Shown: one piece after another, positions 1 to 9,284 of the stretch
Numbering within the stretch: the first letter of the stretch is position 1
Layout: the number at the start of each line of letters is the position of its first letter
From: Chlorokybus atmophyticus
Lineage: Eukaryota > Plantae > Mesostigma and Chlorokybus algae
Length of the DNA stretch: 64,000 nt
Direction: 5' to 3'
NCBI GenBank assembly: GCA_009103225.1
Contig: RHPI01001037.1
Location: 1 to 64,000 of the forward strand
Notes under the pieces: generated by a model
Databases searched by the model: none
What the model was told of the DNA's origin: nothing
The model's input: the letters and a program-made list of their open reading frames with translations, nothing else
Made by a program: the position numbers and the translations under genes

Positions 1-964
1 CCGCAATGTCGGCTTGACTGTAGGGTGGGTATGGGTGAATAGTGGAGGCCTGCAGCCACGCTACATATATCACATGGACTGCGCTGAAAAACAAATTGCT
101 CTTGCAAGGAAATGCATGTGACTATTGAGCGTACCTCTGCATTCTTTTGTGCTTGTTCCCACAGCCGCAACTGGTCCCGCATGGTTCTGACAAGGGGCTC
201 CAAGGACTGCAGCTCCTGATCCACTCCCTATTGCAGAAAGCGAGCCACCAAGCAGCTCTCTGTGTGAAGATGGTCTTTAATGGCTTGCCTGCTGGTTTGT
301 CCAATGTTGGTGATGCATGTTGGACAGCCCCATTGCTGACGCCTGCCATGATCCATGACGTGGCGACCGGTAGTAGCTGGCTTCGCTGCTTGAACTCTTA
401 CGACCACAACTTCTCGCAAGATGTGCCACGCCGCCGCCGCCGCCGCCGCCGCCTCCNTAAACTCCTCCGACTCCTGGTCCCCCGCCTCCTAGTCGAACCC
501 AGGCCCATCAAGCCTGACATTCGACCCGTCATCGACCTGGTGCCCCTGCGTGCCATCATCCGGCCATCAATGAAGCGTGTTTGGGTGAGTGCATGCTAAC
601 TCCCATTTGGGCTGATCGAGCAATGCCTCTGTCGTACCATGGATGGTACGACAGAGCCATTGTACGGCAATCGCTGGGGTTGGACGAGAGATGCCTCTGT
701 CGTACCATAAATGTTACGACACAACCATTGGTAACAATGGTTGTACGAAGCATGCATGGCACGAATGCATAAGTCGTACCATCAACCATAGGAGCAAGGA
801 CGCACTACAAGTGCGACTCTAGTGCGGGACTCTAGACGTTCAAAACCGCCTCATTTTCGTTTTCGCGCCTCATACATTCGGGCGGGCCAACCGGCGGCGG
901 CAGCGTTGGAGGCGGCAGCGCCACTTACAGCTAAACAGGCGGCACCCGACTATCAGTTGGAGAG

Positions 965-2792
965 ATGCCTCGTGGTCCATCCGTAAGTGCACCTCGTCGT
1001 GGAGGTCGGCGCCAGTTGTCCACATTGCCCCCAGTGTTCAACCAGGCAACCGTCGCCAACCAATCGCAGCAAGACCCCGCGCTAACGCCCAGCACATCAC
1101 AACAACTCCACCTGACACCGCAGTCGCAAGGGCAAGCTAGACTGCATGCGTTCTTGATGCACTGTGCACGTTGCTTCTTGCTCAACTTCTAACTTGGATG
1201 CTTGCTTCTATCATGACTAGCACAGTGACTCACTGCATGCGTTCTGGATACACTGTGCACGTTGTTCTTCTTTTGCAACTGTGAGGGTTGCATCTTTCAT
1301 GGCTGGCAGCATGACTCATGTGGTTGTGCTTGCAGAGGGTCGATTGGAACCCCCAACCCAAACGCATTTGGCCGTGACGTGGCAACCTCGGCCGTCAGCA
1401 ACCCTTCCCCAAGCAAGTGGAAGATTGGCAACGAGGTAAGCACTGTGCGACACTGTGACACTGTGTGTATGTGTGTAACGGATTGTTCTTCTGTGGACAG
1501 CATTTGCGAGATGCCGTCGTTGAAATCATAAACGGCCACTGGGTAGAGAGCCACGTTTATCCCAAGGAGGACACTATTCGTAACGTCATGTGTCAGGTGC
1601 TGTGAATGCTTCATGACCGCACTGCACCGTGACACTGACCAACCTGCCCGTGACAGGTAGTTGGCTTCGACCATGACGACGAGGCCGATGCGGCCAAGTT
1701 CTATGAGGTGTACTGGACTCCCAAGGAGTGCCCCTTCCACTGGAGTGTCGCCCTGAAGAAAGCTACGCAGGTCCGGTCTGAGAACGTCACCAAGATCAAG
1801 CATGTCCTTGAGAAGGAGTACAAGTGGACACTGTTTAACAGCAACAAGCGCAAGTGAGTTGGGTCCCTCACCACCATGTCTGCTATGCAACACTGCCTTC
1901 TTACTCAGCCTCCATACACACGTACTCATCTCGCCTATTGTAACCGATTCAATCAGGCACATCGACGCCCTAATGGACCCCGAGACCCAAAAAGCCCAGA
2001 TGCGCAACGCGCTCCAAAGTAAGTCACAGGCACTATTCTAGCCTGGTGCAGGCTCAACTTGAACTATCTATTTCGTGACTAATGCCTTGTCGGTATGACT
2101 GTCGCAGACAAGTCATGGCGGAGATTTGAGGTGACCGACACTGCAGACCCGGAGCGGAGGAGATACATCCATGAATGGGGCAATCCCATAATCTGGCAAA
2201 TGATCGTGCAATGCTGGTCTTACGCCGTCACTACACCTGGTCGCCGGCAGCTGACAGTCAACCACCTCGCATACCTGTTGCTTACGGTGAGCACTCTGAA
2301 CTCCATCATTAGCAATTCAGGAATGCTGTAGCCCCAAACTACAGGCTTGCAGACGCGTTGCAGTGAATAGTGGCTTTCGATGCCACTAAGACATGCCTGT
2401 AAACTACGCAGGTGGAGCGCATCCTAAAGGGCAAGGATGGAGACCCTCTCCTAGCTGCCAGCATAGACACACATGAAGAGTACCTCAGCGAAATCAACAC
2501 CATGATCATGTCAATGAAGCGGGAGATGAGGCAACGGTACGCAGCCCTCCAGCCATTCACCCTTGTGAAACGCCGCACTGCATCTTGTGTCGAATACCTG
2601 AAAGATCCCAATCGGCGCCGGCCGCAAGAGACAGCAGCTCGTGACCCACTCGCTGAGGCAGAAGCGGCATTTGATTGGCTGGCACAACCGTTTGAGGAGG
2701 AAGAGCAAGCTCCGGCGTCTCCTCCACAGGCCCCAGCGCGTGGTGCTTTGTTCCGTAATGACGAGACCAGCGATGATGGAGAGGAGCTGTAG
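965..2792 (+). CDS. Orphan multi-exon gene of unknown function, possibly transposon-associated
   Basis: About 7 exon-like blocks bounded by GT-AG sites with coherent translation (e.g. VVGFDHDDEADAAKFYEVYWTPKECPFHWSVALKKA; DKSWRRFEVTDTADPERRRYIHEWGNPIIWQMIVQCW; VERILKGKDGDPLLAASIDTHEEYLSEINTMIMSMK...EEL*). Start codon and first splice donor uncertain. Confidence 0.55.
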
Positions 2793-3135
2793 CGCAGTTG
2801 GTAGTCCGTTTAGCTGGTAGTGTACATAGCTACAAGGCTCTTGTGACTGAGTGTTGTGCATCTTAAACCAGCTCAGTCAATCGTCATTATGCTCATGCAC
2901 ATCAATACGTGCATCCCTATGATATACAACAGAACTGCATTCGAGTCACATAATCTAACTACAAGCCTTGGCAAGTGACTGAGAGACACTGCACACATTT
3001 CAGGTACATGTACACAGCACAGGCACATAACAATGCTGGAAGTCAGTGACAGTCGCGTGTAGTCAAGCTATGCAAATACATATGACGACAGTTAGGCATT
3101 GGTCACCTTCAGTTGTTAAAGAATGCCTTATTTTG

Positions 3136-3470
3136 TCGATAATTACCTAGTTGGTGCTTGTGAATTAGGCTTAGTCGCCTGCGCTGGACTGGTGTGTAAC
3201 CTGCAGGTGCCTGTCACATAGGCTGAGTCACCTAGGTAAGACTGATGTGTAACTTACAGGTGCCCGTTGATTAGTTGTAGTCACCTAATAAGGCCTGATG
3301 TGTAACTAACAGTTGCCTGTAAATTACACAAAGTCATTTGTTAAGGCCTGGTGTGTGACTAACAGGTGCCTGTTAATTATTTCAAGTCACCTGTTAAGGC
3401 CTGATAGGTAACTAACAGGCGCCTGTTAGTTAGATATAGTTAACTGTTAAAGACTAATTGTAACAAAAAG
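3136..3470. repeat. Degenerate 53-bp tandem repeat (5 clear units plus partial flanking units)
   Basis: Units start at 3189, 3242, 3295, 3348, 3401; consensus about CTGATGTGTAACTAACAGGTGCCTGTTAATTA....AGTCACCTGTTAAGGC. Confidence 0.85.
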
Positions 3471-4261
3471 GGCCTTATAGTAACGAAAGTTACTATTAGA
3501 TCCCTGTATCAAGATTACAGGCGGCCTGAGCCACGACAGTCTAAATTAGCGTCCTCAGGTGCACGGCCGTTGCCAATATTTAGTCGGCCGGCAGGGAAAA
3601 CATATTGCGACGTATTAGTCGGTGGCTAGTAACAACTACATTGTTCATTGGCATAATTAGTAATTACATTAAATCTGGTATAGTAATATGTTTTGCCTGC
3701 TAGGAGCGTTTACAAAAACTACATTGTAAACTACTTCAACCATGGTGGCCCACTTGCCCATTTCTTCTCCCTTTACGTGTAGCTCATCACCTTAAGCTTT
3801 TTACCATATTTGTGACGGGAGCAATAATAGTAGGGGTATTATTGCTACCTAAATAACACATTATGTATGAATAAGTATCTAAATATGCTTATTTATACCT
3901 CTTTTCTACGGTTCCTCGCTTATTAAAGGCTATAATGCTTTATCATAGCTTATTCAATGGGTGTGGAACCGCTTATTCAAGCCTATTTAGTGTCACATTT
4001 GATAAATTGTAATCACTATCTCGTTAGGTACCTTACGATAGGTATCTTTCAATAGGTACCTCATCGATAGGTACCTTATCTGAGCTGTAATTGGGTCACG
4101 CTAGATTTCCTAACTACCCTATCTGTAGGGTCGATGTCTAATTGTGGGTTAATTATCGAGAGGTATATATTTGGTATACTCTTGATATTAAAGGTCACAT
4201 CAAACTGATGTGACCTCACTTTCAGTTCTCGACTCGCTGGCGGCCACGCCGCTGAAAGGCT

Positions 4262-4710
4262 TGTCATAGGCGGTGTTGGTGTTGGGGTAGAGGATTGAAG
4301 GGGCATCACCGGCGACGGTGGTGCTGTTACATTGGTCATCGGAGCTTGAGACCCGGGTTCGATTCCTGCCTTGCACACGGATTCCGCGGTCGTTGTTTCT
4401 CAATCCAGTAACATCGTAAATGGTCATAAGTGCCATCATCGATGGGTCGCGACTTGCCTAATGGCAGTCGCGCCGGCGTTCAATCGGCGCGGCAAGACGC
4501 GACCTGCCTGTCGCGATGCGACCTGTGGGGTCGGCAGCGGCGCGATGTGCGCGCGTTGACCGGTATGGGCCTAAATTAGCCGGTCCTTGGGCGGTGGGGC
4601 CGGTGATTGACCCTAATCAGACCCCCGGGATGATTCCCCAGCTGATGCGAGCCAGCTGCCAAGGACGTCAGCGTTCTTAAGTGGGGGGGAATGTAATGGG
4701 AAGGTACATT
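4262..4710 (+). mobile_element. Chimeric TRIM: different 5' LTR-like segment (4262-4331), family-A PBS/internal/PPT, 19-bp stub of family-A LTR
   Basis: TGTCA...GTTACA, then TTGGTCATCGGAGC (4332-4345), internal region homologous to 4794-5146, PPT GGGGGGGAA (4683-4691), then TGTAATGGGAAGGTACATT. Confidence 0.65.
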
Positions 4711-4714
4711 AGAC

Positions 4715-5225
4715 TGTCACAGCCCACTCGACCACAAAAGACTTGGTGCTTTTATAATCAATTTGTGGTAATTCAATGTACCTTCCCGTTGCATTCCCCC
4801 CCACTTAAGAACGCTGACGTCCTCAGCAGGTGGCTCGCATCAGCTGGGGAATCATCCCAGGGGTCTAATTAGGGTCGGTCACCGGCCCCACCGCCCAAGG
4901 ACCGGCTAATTTAGGCCCATACCGGTCAACGCGCGCACATCGCGCCGCTGCCGGCCCCACAGGTCGTGCCCTGCCGCACCGACTAAACTGGTTAGTTCGG
5001 CGCGATTGCCATTAGACAAGTCGCGACCCATCAATGATGGCATTTATAAAGTGACCATTTACGATGTTATTGGATCGAGAAACAACAATCGCGGAATTCG
5101 TGTGCAAGGCAGGAATCGAACCCGGGTCTCAAGCTCCGATGACCAATGTCACAGCCCACTCGACCACAAAAGACTTGGTACTTTTATGGTCGATTTGTGG
5201 TAATTTAATGTACTTTCCCGTTACA
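4715..5225 (-). mobile_element. TRIM family A, full-length copy (two 79-bp LTRs, PBS, 353-bp non-coding internal region, PPT)
   Basis: LTRs 5147-5225 and 4715-4793 are direct repeats with TG...CA ends; PBS-like TTGGTCATCGGAGC after the 5' LTR; purine tract GGGGGGGAA before the 3' LTR. No matching TSD seen. Confidence 0.8.
5112..5166 (-). promoter_or_regulatory. tRNA-type (Pol III type 2) A and B boxes spanning the LTR/PBS junction of TRIM-A
   Basis: A box TGGTCGAGTGG (5166-5156), B box GGTTCGATTCC (5122-5112), 33 nt apart. Confidence 0.7.
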
Positions 5226-6493
5226 TTGGTGTTGGGGTAGAGGATTGAAGGGGCATCACCGGCGACGGTGGTGCTGTTACATTGGTATTCAGGAGCTGGG
5301 GGGTGACGTGGGTACTTATAGGGGGCGGCGACCTGCTCTCGGCCAATTAGATAGCGGCGGCAGCGGCCTCCTATTTGTCCACGCAGCCCAAGCTTCAAGT
5401 TAGCTTCCCTGCGCTACTTAAACGTTGAAGCCACCCATCAAAGAGGCGGCCTCTCCACATGTGAGGTACCATCACACACATTGGTGACTTGCCTGCTTGC
5501 CAGGTTTGCGTGTGTATTTTCATGCACATCATTCAGTGACTTGCCAGTGCATGAGTGCGGCTTGCTAGTGTGCCATCACTGCTTGTCACTTAGTGCACTA
5601 TCATTGCTTGCAGTGGCTGCCTGTCATTGCATGCGGTGATTGCTTGTCATTGTGCTTGCCACTGCATGTCACAATTGGTCACTGTACGGCTTGCCTGTTG
5701 CATGCCTGTGGCTTGCCTGTTGCATGCATGTGACGTACCTGTGACCTGCCAATTGCTTTTTTGAGTCTTGACCCGGGTCCGCAAGTTCGAACCAAGCTGT
5801 TCTCAAACCCTCCCCCTCTGGCTTCGGCCTGAAGATCGGGACTTGGTTAGCCTAGTTTTGGGGAAGTTCTAAGGCATTTGGTTCTCAAACTCGGTTAGTT
5901 TAAAACCCTGCCCCTCTGGCTTCGGCCTGGAGATTGGGACCTGGTTGAGGACAACATAGGGTTAGGACATTTTAGTCCCATTCAGATTTATTCTGTTTGA
6001 TGACTCTCCAGATTCAACGTTTCTTGATTTGGGACTGGTTTGGACTCTGGTTGGGGCTTTTACAACCTGGGGTTAGTTTAATCCTCTTGTTGAACCTGGT
6101 CCACAGGAGAGGTTCTCACCATTCCATTTTGCCTCTTTTGCAGACAAATGGAAGAGAACTCGGTGCTCAAAGGGGGAAAGCTCGTAAAAAGAGCAACTAT
6201 CCCGTGAGGAGGAGTTTCCATCTATGGAGGATATTTCCAACTCGGATGATGCACCTGATGAGTCTCATGCTGCTAAGGATGTGGATGCCGTGGTGGAACC
6301 AGACGGGCCGCCACCACCACCATCATTCGTCAAGCCTGAAATCTCAATTCGCCTGACGAAACATGAGCTGATTGACCACTTTCTTGGCACCTATAATGAG
6401 GAGCCTCGTGAGGCGATTGTCTCGCTCGTCAACTTCGTCTTGCATGTGGCAGAAAACGATCTCAAAGCTCACCACCTGTATGGGGTGAGATTG
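5226..6493 (+). mobile_element. Remnant of a larger LTR-type element: LTR 3' end (5226-5281), PBS-like TTGGTATTCAGGAGC, repeat-rich internal region
   Basis: 5226-5281 repeats 4276-4331 and ends GTTACA; followed by a near tRNA-iMet PBS; internal direct repeat 5805-5848/5903-5946. Confidence 0.45.
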
Positions 6494-6897
6494 CTGGGGA
6501 AGCTTCCCAGGGGTCTGATTTAGGGTCGGTCACCGGCCCCACCACTCAAGGACCGGCCAATTTAGGCCCATACCGGTCAACGCGCGCATAGCGCGCCGCT
6601 GCCGGCCCCACAGGTCGCGTCGCCGCGATAGGCAGGTCGCGCCCTGCCGCGCCGACTGAACTGGTCAGATCGGCGCGACTGCCATTAGGCAAGTCGCGAC
6701 CCATCGATGATGGCACTTATAAAGTGATCATTTACGATGTTATTGGATCGAGTAACAACGACCGCGGAATTCGTGTGCAAGGCAGGAATCGAACCCGGGT
6801 CTCAAGCTCCGATGACCAACGTCACAGCCCACTCGACCACAAAAGACTTGGTGCTTTATGGTCGATTTGTGGTTATATAATGTACCTTCCCGTTACA
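6494..6897 (-). mobile_element. TRIM family A, 3'-truncated copy
   Basis: 5' LTR 6820-6897, PBS, B box 6785-6795, internal homology to the 4794-5146 copy down to about 6494; no PPT or 3' LTR. Confidence 0.75.
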
Positions 6898-6999
6898 GCC
6901 TGGCACTGCTCAGTGCCGCCGCCTGCTGCCGTCACTCGCTGCCGCTGCTCCTGCCAACGCCAGAGCCATCGCCGCCCCCACAGCTTTTCACGCCCTCCC

Positions 7000-7185
7000 T
7001 CTGATACAAAATGTAAGAGAAAGGGTGTGCTACCGCCCCCTTTAATCCCCTACCCCAACACCGCCACCAGCCACGCCGCCGCTGCCACAGCGTAGATCCT
7101 CTGCCTATGGCTGCTGCGTTTGCAGCGCCGTCATGCGGTTAATATCGACATGAGACTCATGTCGCATATCAATATCAGTGTTACA
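7000..7185 (-). mobile_element. Putative LTR (7012-7185) followed by PBS-like TTTTGTATCAGAG
   Basis: TGTAAC...CTTACA ends on the minus strand; shares GGCGGTGTTGGGGTAG.GGATT.AAGGGG with the 4262-4331 segment; contains hairpin CGACATGAG-A-CTCATGTCG. Confidence 0.4.
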
Positions 7186-7532
7186 GGTAAGCAACACTAC
7201 ATTAGGGCCTTAACACTAAGTTAATGGCCTTAATCTAGCTGGGGGTGGGTGGGTATTGGCTGTATATACCCGTTAGGACCCTTATTAATTCTAAATAAAG
7301 GCGGGGAAACTCTATGGAGGTAGCACACCGTTACACATAAGCTTTGAATTTGAGGGGAACAGTTTACGCACATGTATCGCCACTATCACGCTTGAGGCTA
7401 TATGCGTGCAAGTGCGTGCAGTACTAGGTGGGATGTGAAAGTGTATATTATACTAACAGTGCAGCAGCAGCAGCATTAGAGGACAACTTGCAGGAGAAGA
7501 GGAGTACCACCAACATACATTCATACGCACAT

Positions 7533-8067
7533 TGTAACAATTGGGGCATGACCACTAGGCTGTGGTAGTAAAAGACACTGCCATAAGTGAAGTCTGTCAC
7601 AATTTATCCCAATTCGTGACATTCCTCCCCATTTTAACCCATGAGTTCCTCATAATCCAATGAGGCACTAGCTCACGTCGCCGTGTTCGCGACCGTACCA
7701 CGATCGGTCTGCCCGCGGCCTGTTGGATCCGGCCCACGAACGGTCCTGGCCGACCGAATGGCCATCTTCACCGCGCGACCTGCTATCGCAGCGCGACCGC
7801 TCACGCGGCCTTAGGTTGAACTGGCTTGGCGCGCACGTCGTGATCCCGCGCCCAGCCTAGGGCAAGCCGCCCCAAACGTTGTTGTTCTTTTGCCTTGGAT
7901 CTGCCTCAGTTGCCTACGGGAATTGAACCTGAGACGTCAAGCTTCGTTACCAATGTAACAATTGGGGCCTGACCACTAGGCTATGGTAGTGTCTTTTACT
8001 ACCAAAAGACTTACTACCAAAGACACTACCATAAGTGAAGTGTCACGAAATGGGATAAATTGTGACA
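7533..8067 (-). mobile_element. TRIM family B, intact with 5-bp TSD CACAT
   Basis: LTRs 7954-8067 and 7533-7621 with TG...CA ends; PBS-like TTGGTAACGAAGC; PPT ATGGGGAGGAA next to the 3' LTR; CACAT at 7528-7532 and 8068-8072. Confidence 0.9.
7919..7983 (-). promoter_or_regulatory. tRNA-type A and B boxes spanning the LTR/PBS junction of TRIM-B
   Basis: A box TAGCCTAGTGG (7983-7973) inside a D-arm-like stem GCCT-AGTGGTC-AGGC; B box GGTTCAATTCC (7929-7919); 43 nt apart. Confidence 0.7.
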
Positions 8068-8467
8068 CACATGTGCACAATGCGGATTGGTGACAGTGAT
8101 GTTGATGTAGCGGGTGTTGTACTGGTATGACAACAATGACTGCGAGAGATATAATAGTCATGTTGCAGTGTTCATTAGATGTAACTTTGTATGTGCGTCC
8201 TGCGGATATTAGTGGATATGTGTCCTTCCAAATCACCATTACACGGGTTGTGCAATTCAGCCACGATGCATGTTGTGCAGCTCAACACATGCAATTGACC
8301 TTGCGGCGGCATGGCTGCGAGCGGTTGGCGTAATAACACGTATCATAATGAACGATAACATATTAATACTTATCATAAACATTGCATACTCTGCATTGCA
8401 CACTTTACACACATGCGCATGCATACTATGTGCACGTTCATATAGTACCTGACATTGAATGCCCCCC

Positions 8468-8490
8468 NNNNNNNNNNNNNNNNNNNNNNN
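8468..8490. other. Assembly gap (N run) in a poly-C tract
   Basis: 23 N bases flanked by C runs. Confidence 0.95.
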
Positions 8491-9284
8491 CCCCTCTCGG
8501 ATATTGCAATGTGAAAGTCGTATAAACAATCACCGTGTTTGTGATAACCCGTGGTTGTGCCACGGGTATCACAAACAAGTATCACAAACAAGCTAGGCAA
8601 ACCATCGGGTCTGCGGATTTACAAGGCATTTATGTTTACAACGACGACACTTATAACCCGAGTAGACTGTACTAGAGTTCATTAAGCAATCAAACAGTCC
8701 AGAAGGGGGGCGGGGGGCTTATGCGGCTCATATTGGGTCGAGCCGGCCGGCAGGGATACCTTGCTGTCGGTCGGCTTAGTACTTAGCTTCCAGCCGTATG
8801 GTCGGTGAAAATTGGTTGAGGCCAGCTGTCGGTCGCGAACCCCCTCAGCAGAACCGGCTCGCGAGCGAGCGCCGGACGGGCTAGCCGTTACAATAGTGTC
8901 GCGCTGTGCGGCCAGCAAGAATCGGCGCTGGTGGGCATCGTAAGCAAGTGTCCGTTAGAATTGGCAAGCCGATGCCGCCACTACAAAGCACACAAAATAC
9001 GAAGTCACTTTCACTCACGGCACTGCTCTGTTTGGCTCAGCTGCCGCCGCCGCCGCCGCCGCCCATCTCCGCAAGGGTGTCTGTCAGCACAGCAGCATTC
9101 GTGGCTGTAGCAGCGTTGGTTAGCTTGTTTTCATTTTCACACAAGCCGCAGTTCAGAAAAAGTCAGCTTGACCAAGCGCCCCCACCCTGCAGGTAACCTT
9201 GGCTGATCATGCATGCAGCATTTTGAAGGCTGGCTTGATTGGTGCACAAGCCAGCGATTATGTGTTTGTGTGTAGGCAGTTGTC

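Noticed and set aside
2790-2830. tRNA/SINE head from TAGCGCAGTTGG (A-box-like)
   Set aside because: No B box downstream at a usable distance.
3136-3470. CRISPR array
   Set aside because: Eukaryotic context, no unique spacers of proper length, degenerate units, no cas genes.
5090-5175. Genuine tRNA gene at the A/B-box sites (also 6770-6845, 7910-7990)
   Set aside because: Acceptor stem cannot form and there is no 7-nt anticodon loop; only promoter boxes and D/T-arm remnants, embedded in LTR elements.
4200-7185. DIRS/tyrosine-recombinase element suggested by inverted repeats
   Set aside because: No RT, RNase H or recombinase ORF; the repeats resolve into separate TRIM copies with PBS and PPT.
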